The notes below the pieces were generated by a model that saw only the letters and a program-made list of their open reading frames with translations, was not told the DNA's origin and ran no database searches. Positions 49,096 through 57,948 of a stretch of DNA of 64,000 bases are shown here, in pieces. The position numbers and the translations under genes are program-made. Each line of letters begins with the position of its first letter. Position 1 is the stretch's first letter. Origin of the DNA: an uncultured delta proteobacterium (GTDB lineage: Bacteria; Desulfobacterota; Binatia; Binatales; Binataceae); assembly GCA_963724765.1 (NCBI GenBank), contig CAVRVY010000003.1, positions 1,248,001 through 1,312,000 of the forward strand. The letters are read 5' to 3'.

Positions 49096-50964
49096 CTATG
49101 ACTGGCTCGGGTACGGGTAGCCGTTCGCCAGTGCTTTATCCAGCTCGAAATCTTGTCTGTAGATATCCCTGAAGAACCGCACTTCGCCGTCCGGCTCGAC
49201 CACGACCGTAGTATAGATGATGAGTACCGGAATGGGCTTGTTGAGATTTACCTGCAACGTCTGATCGCCATTCATCGCGGCGTTTATTCTGTCCAAGGTC
49301 CATTCCGGCATGTCGCGTAGAACCCACGCTGCCAACCCGGCGGGGTTCTGCACGCGGATGCATCCGTGGCTGAAGTCGCGTCGTGCCTTCAGGAACAGCT
49401 CGGGCGCCGGTGTACTATGCAGGTATACGTTGTAGTGGTTCGGAAAGATGAACTTGACCAGCCCCAGCGCGTTCTTGGCTCCGGGTTTCTGCCGGATAGT
49501 CAGTGAGCCGGAGCGAAGCTTGCTGAGTACATCGTCGCTCACGGTGCCATCGGTCACAACCGTGCCGCTTGTGGTCGTTACTTCAAATCCATGATCCGCG
49601 AGATAATCGCGATCGCGCCGGATTTTAGGAACCAGCTCGGCGAACTGGATCGACATCGGGACTTGCCAATATGGGCGGAAAATGAGGTAGCGCATGTAAT
49701 CCGCGAACACGGGCGTCTGGTGTCCATAGGCCTTTCCGATGATCACTCGCATCGACAAAAACGGCGCGGGCTGCCGGCGCATCGTGCGCAGCCTGAACTC
49801 GGGGAGATTGACGAGGATCGGCGGCTGCGGAAAGCCGGGCGGGATCCATCGATAGCGCTCCAGCGCGTACTGAAGTTGTGCGACCCGCTGACCGAGCGGC
49901 ACATTGAGCTGCGCGAGCGTCTCCTTGCCGAGCACGCCGTCGGGCTGCAGGCCGTGGCGCTTCTGAAAGTGCTTCACGCCGTCGACCATGGCGCCCCGAT
50001 AGACAGTCGCGTCGGCGGGCGCGATGGGGTCGGCGGGCGCGATGGGGTCGGCAGGCCCAGCAGGGTTGGACGGAAGATCGCCAAGCTCCCGCAAACGCGC
50101 GGTCAGCGGCGCGATTCCTGAATAGGTATCGCCGGGATGCACGGATTTGGCCGGCAACGGTAACTGCGCGCCGTCCCCCTGACCGGCCAGCTTCACGTAC
50201 GCCGCAAGCGCGGTCTCCGCCCGCCCATAGCCTTCGTAGTCCGGTTCGACGTGCGCGACCAGGGCCGCAACGTTCGGGGCCTGGATCACCTGGTCGCGCA
50301 GGAACTCGGCCAGATCGTATTTGTTGAATCCCACGTCGATGCTGAAACTGGAATGCTGCGGGTTGACCCTACCGTCACGCAGGGCGGAGAGATAGCGCGC
50401 CGCGCAAACGGTAAGCGCCAGATCGAAGTGCACCAGGTCGGTGTCGGCCGGATGCGGCTTCGCCGGAGCGAGTGCGGCCAGGCGGCTGTCCCATCGCGAG
50501 GCATCGTAGTCGTCCGGGTTGAGGCCCTTTAGCGAAGCCTGTTTGATGAGCTGGATCATCGCCTGCGCCTGCGCGGTCGGCTGACCGTCGCGACTCCACG
50601 CCAGCGTGTTTCCGCCCGAGGCGTAGAATTTTGCCACGTCGGACTGCGTGTCGCTGAAGTTCGGCCAGCGCAGGTCGGGCAGTTGTCCCGCGGCGATCAG
50701 CGCGCCCAGTTCGCCCTTCGCTTGGGGCGCCAGGCCTGTCGAGGCCTGGGGTGCAGGACCTGCCGAGGGCGGGCGCGCAGGAGTTGCCGACGCTTGCGGC
50801 GCAGCAGTTGCCGAGGCCTGCGCGGCAGCGGTAGGTGATCCGTCAGCGGCCAGGGCGGCGCTCGAGGCGAGGCCACCGAAAAGTGCGAAGAGGAGCGGCG
50901 TCAGCAGGAGGAGCGACAGACGAATCGGTTCGCGGGTGGTCTTGTGATTACACGTCTCCGCCAT
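49096..50964 (-). CDS. L,D-transpeptidase, YcbB/LdtD type
   Basis: Signal peptide, PG-binding FQKRHGLQPDG, VNLPEF, NALGLVKFIFPN, YLHSTP, FSHGCIRV. Confidence 0.93.
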   Translation of the reverse strand: MAETCNHKTTREPIRLSLLLLTPLLFALFGGLASSAALAADGSPTAAAQASATAAPQASATPARPPSAGPAPQASTGLAPQAKGELGALIAAGQLPDLRWPNFSDTQSDVAKFYASGGNTLAWSRDGQPTAQAQAMIQLIKQASLKGLNPDDYDASRWDSRLAALAPAKPHPADTDLVHFDLALTVCAARYLSALRDGRVNPQHSSFSIDVGFNKYDLAEFLRDQVIQAPNVAALVAHVEPDYEGYGRAETALAAYVKLAGQGDGAQLPLPAKSVHPGDTYSGIAPLTARLRELGDLPSNPAGPADPIAPADPIAPADATVYRGAMVDGVKHFQKRHGLQPDGVLGKETLAQLNVPLGQRVAQLQYALERYRWIPPGFPQPPILVNLPEFRLRTMRRQPAPFLSMRVIIGKAYGHQTPVFADYMRYLIFRPYWQVPMSIQFAELVPKIRRDRDYLADHGFEVTTTSGTVVTDGTVSDDVLSKLRSGSLTIRQKPGAKNALGLVKFIFPNHYNVYLHSTPAPELFLKARRDFSHGCIRVQNPAGLAAWVLRDMPEWTLDRINAAMNGDQTLQVNLNKPIPVLIIYTTVVVEPDGEVRFFRDIYRQDFELDKALANGYPYPSQS

Positions 50965-51050
50965 TAGCTACTAAGAATATCCTTTATGTACGTATTCTTG
51001 ACGATAAGCAGTTGAATATGCTGATTGACTGACCGCAGACTTGCAAAACA

Positions 51051-52163
51051 CTAGCGCCATACACGACGCGCCAGCTCGGCAACCAGGCGCAGCTTGTCGC
51101 GCTCGATCGCCTCGGATATCGGATTGCCTTCCCATACCGTTCCGAAGCCGCACTGGGTCGACAATCCGAGCCGCTCGCGTGGAAAGTAACGGCTCGCTTC
51201 TTCGATCCGCCGCACAATTGCCTCGGCCGGCTCAAGCTCGGCGCGCTTGGTCGAGATGAGCCCAAGCACGACGCCCTTGTCGGGCGGGATGTCGCGCAGC
51301 GGCTCGAACGCTCCCGAACGCCAGTCGTCGTACTCCAGGAGCCATAGCGAGAAATTGCGGGCGCGCCTGAAGGCCTGCCTGGCGATTGCCTCGTAGCCGC
51401 CCTCGCCGACGTAGTAACCCTTGTTGTTGCCGCGGCATAGATGGAGGCCGAAGCTGACGCCGGGCACGTCGGCCACGGAGTTTAAAATGTCGATACCATC
51501 GGTCAGCAGGCGCTCGGGATCCATCCCGCGCTCGGCGAAGTCCTGGCGCCGGCGCTCCGGGTCGCACAGCATTCCGAGTTCGGGCGCGTCGATCTGGATG
51601 TATTGGCATCCGAGCGTCGCCAGTTCCTGCGCCTCCTGGCGCACGATCCCGGCCGCGTCAGCAAACAGAGCGAATGGATCCGGATAAGCGTCGCGCGAGT
51701 ATTCAGGCGACCATCGCAGCGTCATCATCAGCGGGCTCGGTAGCGTGACTTTCAGCGGCTTGCTGGCGCGTCCGCGCGCGTAGGTGAATTCCTCGTTGGT
51801 GAGCGAGCGCTTGCGTCGAATCTTCTCGACCACTGCGTATTGGACCTGGATCTCAGTCTCCTCGGCCGCCGCGCCCTGTGCGTGCGGCCGCCGCCAGATG
51901 CGTTTGAAGGCCGGAATTTCCTTTACCCCGGAGATGACGTCGGTCAGCGGCGCGATGAAGTGAGTGCGCCGCATCTCGCCGTCCGTTACCACGTCGACCC
52001 CGGCGTCTTCCTGCAGCGCGATAGCCTCATCCACCGCGCGATCCTCGACGCGTTTGAATTCCGGCGTCGAGAGCGTGCCCGCCTGCCACTGCTTGCGAGC
52101 CTCTTTGAGGAAGGCGGGCCGCAGGAGCGATCCGATCACTTCAGCACGATAGAGAATAGACAC
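51051..52163 (-). CDS. Cobalamin-independent methionine synthase-like protein (single catalytic barrel)
   Basis: IGSLLRP, TDGEMRR, YIQIDAP, HLCRGN, LLEYD, STQCGF Zn ligands; lacks MetE N-terminal half. Confidence 0.9.
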   Translation of the reverse strand: MSILYRAEVIGSLLRPAFLKEARKQWQAGTLSTPEFKRVEDRAVDEAIALQEDAGVDVVTDGEMRRTHFIAPLTDVISGVKEIPAFKRIWRRPHAQGAAAEETEIQVQYAVVEKIRRKRSLTNEEFTYARGRASKPLKVTLPSPLMMTLRWSPEYSRDAYPDPFALFADAAGIVRQEAQELATLGCQYIQIDAPELGMLCDPERRRQDFAERGMDPERLLTDGIDILNSVADVPGVSFGLHLCRGNNKGYYVGEGGYEAIARQAFRRARNFSLWLLEYDDWRSGAFEPLRDIPPDKGVVLGLISTKRAELEPAEAIVRRIEEASRYFPRERLGLSTQCGFGTVWEGNPISEAIERDKLRLVAELARRVWR

Positions 52164-52258
52164 GACGCTCCCCCTTTAGCAGGACGGCTGCGACGCCGGC
52201 GCCCGCTTGCAGCCGAAATCTACAAGCCAACGATTGTGAGCGGCGGCAGTCCCGAATG

Positions 52259-53446
52259 CTAGCCCTTGGGCAGGCCGAGCACTCGCTCACCGATGATGTT
52301 GTGCTGAATCTCGTTGGTGCCGGCCGCGATAGTGCCGCGCCGCGCCGCGAGCATCCGATGCGACCATTTGCCATGGTCGATTGCTCCGGCGGCCTGGTAT
52401 TCGAATTGGCTGTAGACGCCGAGCAGTTCCATCGCGAACTTCTGGATGCGCAGGTTCAGGTCCGTGGTACCCAGTTTCATGATCGAGCCTTCCGGGCCGG
52501 GCGGCAATCCTTTGAGCTGGCGGGTGAGCTGGCGATAGCTGGTGTATTTGAGCGCCTCCGCCTCGCAGGCGAAGCGGGCGATTCGCTGCCGCACGTAGTT
52601 GTCGTGCCAGGCGCGATGGCCGTTGCGCTGGACCTTCTTGGCCAGCTCGCCGAGTTGTCTCACTTCGACCATCATATCGGTACGGCCGCCATGGATCGTT
52701 CGCTCGAACATCATATTGGTCATCGCGACCATCCATCCCTGGTTCTTCTGGCCCACCAGGTTCGCCTTCGGCACCATGACGTCTTCGAAAAAGACCTGGT
52801 TAAAGCCGCTCTCGCCGGTCATCTGCACGAGCGGGCGCACCGTCACGCCCGGGCTTTTCATGTCGACCAGCAGGTAGCTCAGACCCTTGTGCTTGGGCAG
52901 CGTGGGGTCGGTGCGGCACAGCAGGGTGGTGAGGTCGGCGTGATGGGCGTTGGAGGTCCAGACCTTGGAGCCGTTGACGATGAAGTGATCGCCCTCGTCG
53001 ATCGCGCGCGTCTGGACCGCCGCCAGATCGGAGCCGTGATTGGGCTCCGACAATCCCTGGCACCAGATTTCCTCGGCGGAGGGAATCCGGGGGATGTAGC
53101 GCTGTTTCTGTTCCGGCGTTCCCCATTGCATCAAGGTCGGGCCGACGCGCGCGATTCCCTGGAAGTTGATGGTGGGCGGCGCCTTGGCGCGGTCGAGTTC
53201 CTGCGAATAGATGATCTGCTGCAACAGGCTCGCGCCGCGCCCGCCGTATTCGCTGGGCCAGTGCATACACATCCAGCCGCCGTCGTAGAGCTTGCGATGC
53301 CATCGGCGGCGGCGCTCGAACTCTTCCTTGGTGTCGGGATCGTGCAGTTCGCCCTCGTCGTGCCAGTCGCGCGGGAGATTTTTCTCCAGCCAGGATCTGA
53401 AGTCGCGCCGGAACGCTTCGTCCTCTTCGCTGAATTTGAAATCCAT
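52259..53446 (-). CDS. Acyl-CoA dehydrogenase (FadE29/FadE26-like)
   Basis: WCQGLSEPNHGSDLA, NGSKVWTS, FNQVFFEDV, MMFER, TIAAGTNEIQHNIIGERVLGLP. Confidence 0.93.
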   Translation of the reverse strand: MDFKFSEEDEAFRRDFRSWLEKNLPRDWHDEGELHDPDTKEEFERRRRWHRKLYDGGWMCMHWPSEYGGRGASLLQQIIYSQELDRAKAPPTINFQGIARVGPTLMQWGTPEQKQRYIPRIPSAEEIWCQGLSEPNHGSDLAAVQTRAIDEGDHFIVNGSKVWTSNAHHADLTTLLCRTDPTLPKHKGLSYLLVDMKSPGVTVRPLVQMTGESGFNQVFFEDVMVPKANLVGQKNQGWMVAMTNMMFERTIHGGRTDMMVEVRQLGELAKKVQRNGHRAWHDNYVRQRIARFACEAEALKYTSYRQLTRQLKGLPPGPEGSIMKLGTTDLNLRIQKFAMELLGVYSQFEYQAAGAIDHGKWSHRMLAARRGTIAAGTNEIQHNIIGERVLGLPKG

Positions 53447-53599
53447 TGATGCGCCCTTCGCCGCTATCGTTACGGCGGCCACTGTAGCACAGGGCGGCGC
53501 CGTGCGTAACGCGGCGCCCGCCGGCGCTTGTCCAATCGCTTCGCGGTTGGCTAGTGTCAGAGCCCGAAAATAGATCATCCGGCATGAGGGTTCATCCCG

Positions 53600-54418
53600 A
53601 TGGAACAGGAATTGGCAGGCAAGGTCGTGATCATCACCGGCGCCGGGCGGATGCGCAGCATCGGCCGTCCGATCGCCAAACGGCTGGCGCAGGCGGGCGC
53701 CGCGATTGTAATCACCGGCACCGGACGTCCGCCCGAGCGCTATCCCGATGACGAGAAGGCGGCCGGATGGCGCGACATCGAGAGCGTCGCGGACGAGATC
53801 CGGCAGGCCGGCGGCCGCTGTCTGGCGCTGGTCTCCGACGTCGCCGATCCGCGCGCCGTTGAAGCGCTGGTCGATCGCACCATCGCCGAGTTCGGCCGTA
53901 TCGACATCCTCATCAACAACGCCAGTGCCGCGCGCGGCCCTGACCGCGTAGAGGCCGTCGAGCTTTCGTACGAAATCTGGAAGAAAGTGATGGTGACTAA
54001 CGTCGATGGGACCTTTCTGTTGTCGTGCGCGGCCGCGCGCAAAATGATCGCGCAGGGCCAGGGCGGTAGCATCGTCAACATCTCGTCGATCGCCAGCAAA
54101 ATCGCCCAGGCCAAGGCCGCGGCGTACTCCGCCTCCAAGGCCGCGGTCAACGCCCTTAGCCGCTCGATGGCGCTCGACCTCGCGCCCAGCGGCATCCGCG
54201 TCAACGCGATCTGCCCCGGCATCATCGACACGTTCCGCCTCGACGACCTTGGCCGCGGCGAAAGCTGGGAGAAGTTCGTCAAGAGTTTTATTCCGCTGGG
54301 CTACGCGGGCGACGGCAGTGAGTGCGCCGAGCTGGTCCTCTTCCTGGTCACCGATCGCGGCAAGTGGATAACCGGCCAGGCGATCAACATCGACGGCGGC
54401 ACGGTGTGGGGAAACTGA
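53600..54418 (+). CDS. Short-chain dehydrogenase/reductase
   Basis: TGAGRMRSIG, INNA, NISS, YSASK, NAICPG, ITGQAINIDGG. Confidence 0.93.
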   Translation: MEQELAGKVVIITGAGRMRSIGRPIAKRLAQAGAAIVITGTGRPPERYPDDEKAAGWRDIESVADEIRQAGGRCLALVSDVADPRAVEALVDRTIAEFGRIDILINNASAARGPDRVEAVELSYEIWKKVMVTNVDGTFLLSCAAARKMIAQGQGGSIVNISSIASKIAQAKAAAYSASKAAVNALSRSMALDLAPSGIRVNAICPGIIDTFRLDDLGRGESWEKFVKSFIPLGYAGDGSECAELVLFLVTDRGKWITGQAINIDGGTVWGN

Positions 54419-55170
54419 TGAGCTCCGATATTGTCCTCTACGATTCCAGGGACACGATAGCGACGATCACGCTCAATCGTCCGGACAAGCTCAACGCGCT
54501 CTCCAACGCGCTGGTCGCCGAGTTGCGCGACGCACTTATCCATTTTCAGGCGAGCGAGGATCGCGTCGCCGTCCTGACCGGCGCGGGCCAGCGCGCGTTC
54601 AGCGCCGGCGCCGACCTTCGCGATCCGCCTCGGGACCCGGAGCTATGGGAATGCATGCCGGGCGTCGGGGTGCCGCTTACCAAACCGACTATCGCGGCAG
54701 TGGCGGGACATTGTATCGGCGGCGGCTGCTGCCTGGTCGAGTTTTGCACGCTGGCGGTGGCTGCCGACAATGCGGACTTTTCCTATCCCGAGGCGCAACT
54801 GGGATTCTGCGGCGGTCTCATCGCCGGCCTGGCGGTGCGAATTCCGTATAAAGTGGCGATGGAGCTTATGCTGACCGGCATGCACATGAAGGCCGAGCGC
54901 GCCTACGAGGTCGGGATGGTCAACGCCGTCGTCCCATTGCAGCGGCGGATGGAGGCCGCATACGAGTACGCCCGCAAGCTGGCCGAAAGCGCGCCTCTGG
55001 TGCTGGGCCTGCTCGAAACTTTCACCCGCGACACGCTGCTGCCGCGCGGCCCCTCTGAGCTGTCGGCGCTCGCGCGCCGTCATCTGCTGCGTGTGGCGCG
55101 ATCCGAGGACGCGAAGGAAGGCGGGCGGTCTTTCAGCGAAAAGCGCAAGCCGCGCTTCAAGGGCCGCTAG
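54418..55170 (+). CDS. Enoyl-CoA hydratase/isomerase (crotonase family)
   Basis: TGATG coupling to SDR; LNRPDKLNAL, AFSAGADL, KPTIAAVAG, PEAQLG, EKRKPRFKG. Confidence 0.92.
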   Translation: MSSDIVLYDSRDTIATITLNRPDKLNALSNALVAELRDALIHFQASEDRVAVLTGAGQRAFSAGADLRDPPRDPELWECMPGVGVPLTKPTIAAVAGHCIGGGCCLVEFCTLAVAADNADFSYPEAQLGFCGGLIAGLAVRIPYKVAMELMLTGMHMKAERAYEVGMVNAVVPLQRRMEAAYEYARKLAESAPLVLGLLETFTRDTLLPRGPSELSALARRHLLRVARSEDAKEGGRSFSEKRKPRFKGR

Positions 55171-55307
55171 TCAAAACCGGCACGTTGCACCAAGACGATC
55201 GGTATGTCTATCGTTTGTCTTGTGTTTGGCTTGCAGGACTCCTGAACCCCCGTCAATCCACCTCCAAAGTCCTTTGAGAATGTACGAAGTGATGCAGGAG
55301 CGATCCG

Positions 55308-55502
55308 ATGAGAGTCGTTGTGGATCACAATCTTTGCGAAGGGAACGGCCGCTGTGCGGAAGTTGCGCCCCAGATGTTCGAACTTCGCGACGACGACCGC
55401 AGCTATGTACTGATTCAGAGTCCACCCCAGAATCTGCGCGCGAAGATCCAGCTCGCGGCGACGCTCTGTCCGCGCCAGGCCATCCGCCTGGTCGAGGACT
55501 AG
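55308..55502 (+). CDS. P450-associated ferredoxin ([3Fe-4S] type)
   Basis: CEGNGRC...APQMF...CPRQAI; CAGGAG RBS; directly upstream of P450. Confidence 0.92.
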   Translation: MRVVVDHNLCEGNGRCAEVAPQMFELRDDDRSYVLIQSPPQNLRAKIQLAATLCPRQAIRLVED

Positions 55503-55510
55503 CCAAGGCC

Positions 55511-56752
55511 ATGGCCACGCTCACACTCGAAACACTCGATATCATCAATCCCGACCTTTACGTCCAGCGCGGCTATCCGCACGAGGAATGGGCGCTGCTC
55601 AGAAAGGAGGCGCCGGTCTTCCGCTATGAGCGGCCGGGTGTCGAGCCGTTCTGGGCCATCACCAAGCACGCTGACATCGTGAACGTCTCGCGCCAGCCCG
55701 ATCTGTTCAGAAGCAGCCAGTTCCTTTTCATCACCCAGGACGAGCCGGGCTCGCCCCTTCCTGACGAGGCGGTGCTGCGCCAGCTACTCAACATGAACCC
55801 GCCCGAGCACGGCGAATTTCGCCGGGTGGTGAATCAGCGCTTCACGCCGCGCTCGGTGCGGCAGTTGAAAGACCAGATCGAACACATTACGAGCGACGTG
55901 CTCGACGACCTGATGGGGCGCGAGCAATGCGACTTCGTGACCGAGGTCTCGGCCAAGCTTCCACTGGCGGTGATCGCCGAGATGTTCGGCATTCCGCGCG
56001 CCGACTGGGCGATGATGTTCCGGCTGAGCAATGCGATGATCGGTCCGGCGGACCCGGAATACGGCGGCAGCGCAACGATCAAGGAGAACCTCGAACGCGC
56101 GCGGATGGAATTCTTCCAGTACTTCAACCAGCTCTGCGAAGACCGGCGCAAGCACCCGCGCGACGACCTCGCGAGCGCGCTTGCCAACGGCACGGTCTAT
56201 GGTGGGCCGCTCCCGCCGTTCGAGCTCCTGTCATACTTCGCGTTGCTCATCATCGCCGGCAACGAAACCACGCGCAACGCCACCACCGGCGGCCTGCATT
56301 CCCTCATCAGCCATCCGGATCAATGGGAGCGCCTAAGGCACGATCCGTCGCTGGCGCCTAAGGCGGCTGAGGAAATTGTTCGATGGACGTCGCCGGTGAT
56401 CCAGTTCACGCGCATTGCCACCGCCGACACCGTGCTTGGGGGCCAGCAGCTCCGCGAGGGCGACATTGTGGCGCTTTTCTATCCCTCGGCCGCCCGCGAC
56501 GAGGACGTCTTCGAGCAGCCCTCCGCGTTCGACATCGGACGCTATCCGAATCCGCACATCTCCTTCGGCATCGGCGAGCATTTCTGCCTCGGGGCGAATC
56601 TCGCGCGGCTCGAATTGCAGGTGATGTTTCGTCAACTGGCGGAGCGGATGGAATTCGTGGAGCTGGCCGGGCCCACGCAGCGGATGCGTTCGAGTTTCGT
56701 CGGCGGGATTAAGCACATGCCGATTCGCTACCGGATCCGCGCGCGCGCGTGA
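55511..56752 (+). CDS. Cytochrome P450 (CYP125/CYP124-like)
   Basis: AGNETT I-helix, EEIVRW ExxR, FGIGEHFCLG heme ligand. Confidence 0.95.
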   Translation: MATLTLETLDIINPDLYVQRGYPHEEWALLRKEAPVFRYERPGVEPFWAITKHADIVNVSRQPDLFRSSQFLFITQDEPGSPLPDEAVLRQLLNMNPPEHGEFRRVVNQRFTPRSVRQLKDQIEHITSDVLDDLMGREQCDFVTEVSAKLPLAVIAEMFGIPRADWAMMFRLSNAMIGPADPEYGGSATIKENLERARMEFFQYFNQLCEDRRKHPRDDLASALANGTVYGGPLPPFELLSYFALLIIAGNETTRNATTGGLHSLISHPDQWERLRHDPSLAPKAAEEIVRWTSPVIQFTRIATADTVLGGQQLREGDIVALFYPSAARDEDVFEQPSAFDIGRYPNPHISFGIGEHFCLGANLARLELQVMFRQLAERMEFVELAGPTQRMRSSFVGGIKHMPIRYRIRARA

Positions 56753-56836
56753 TTCGCACGGCGCGCCCCCGCCGCGGGATGAAATTTTGGGCCCCTCCCC
56801 CGAAACTGCGGGGAATGATTTGTAATGGGGCTGCGC

Positions 56837-57337
56837 TCAGGAGCGCGCCGCGGGCAACGACGCGAGGCTTTGCGAGAGCAACTCCAGCGCGGCGGCTGCG
56901 AAGGCGCGCATGTTGGCGACGCGGTCGCTGCTGCCGGTCTCGACCGTGACCGCGCGATCGACGGGCCCCGCGATGGCGATACAACTGTGTCCCGCTGGGT
57001 TGCCATAGCTATTGCCTGTAGGGCCGGCAGCGCCGACCTCGGCCAGGCTCCAGCTGCTCGAAAAGCGCTTGAGCGTCCCACGCGCGAGCACCTGCGCGAG
57101 CGCTTCGGTCACTCCACGGATGCCCTTGAAGGCCGAGTCCGGGATGTCGAGCAGCGTGCGGCGCGATTCGCGGGTATAGACGATCGCGCCGCCGAGGAAG
57201 TAGACGGACGCGCCCGGCACCGCGAGCAGCGCGGCCGCGATGAGGCCGCCGGCCGAGGACTCGGCGATGGCGATCGTTTCATGGCGATCCTTGAGAAGGG
57301 CGCCCAGCTTCCCGGCAATCGGCAGCAGGTCCTGCAT
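56837..57337 (-). CDS. CinA C-terminal / PncC-like NMN deamidase family protein
   Basis: IAESSAGGLI, VPGASVYFLGG, GAAGPTG. Confidence 0.85.
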   Translation of the reverse strand: MQDLLPIAGKLGALLKDRHETIAIAESSAGGLIAAALLAVPGASVYFLGGAIVYTRESRRTLLDIPDSAFKGIRGVTEALAQVLARGTLKRFSSSWSLAEVGAAGPTGNSYGNPAGHSCIAIAGPVDRAVTVETGSSDRVANMRAFAAAALELLSQSLASLPAARS

Positions 57338-57429
57338 TGAGGGTTCACTCCTTAGCGCTCAACGATATTGCCGCAGCATAATGGGTGGATGCGGCAAAAG
57401 GCCAATCGAAAGCGCGCGCCGCTATTTTA

Positions 57430-57717
57430 TTATTTCATCTCGATCTCGATGAAGCTGAATTCGAACGGGTTCTGATTTATCACGTCGTGCGCGACGCCCG
57501 CGTCGCGAGCGTAGGGAGCGCCGGTGACCAGCTCGGCGTCGCTCGGCGCGCCGTCGGGGGCGACGATGCGCAGCTTCCCGGTGGTCAGCGGCACCACCAC
57601 GTAATCGTGCGCGTGAACATGAGGCCCCGTCGACTCGCCCGGAGCAAAGGTCCATCGCGTTACGATCACGCGGTGATTTTCGATCAGCCGTTCTGATTTC
57701 GCCCGAACCTCGTTCAT
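57430..57717 (-). CDS. Cupin domain protein
   Basis: ENHRVIV, PGESTGPHVHAHDY, GVAHDVIN, IEIEMK; GGAG RBS before MNEV. Confidence 0.85.
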   Translation of the reverse strand: MNEVRAKSERLIENHRVIVTRWTFAPGESTGPHVHAHDYVVVPLTTGKLRIVAPDGAPSDAELVTGAPYARDAGVAHDVINQNPFEFSFIEIEMK

Positions 57718-57948
57718 GACGGACTCCATTGCATCCGATGGCTTGACAGCTCTGGAGCCTATCTTGTAGCGGCTTTCGGACGGAATCAAAGCCCGGCAAA
57801 ATGATAGCCAGCCCATGGTGGAGAGGATGACACGAGTCTTGGAAATCATGGCGCAAACACGATAAAGGAGACCACGCGCCGCACCCTGTCGGGAGCGGCC
57901 AGAGCGTTGCATGCAAGGTCAACGAACTTCCGCAGCGTCCTGAAGTAT

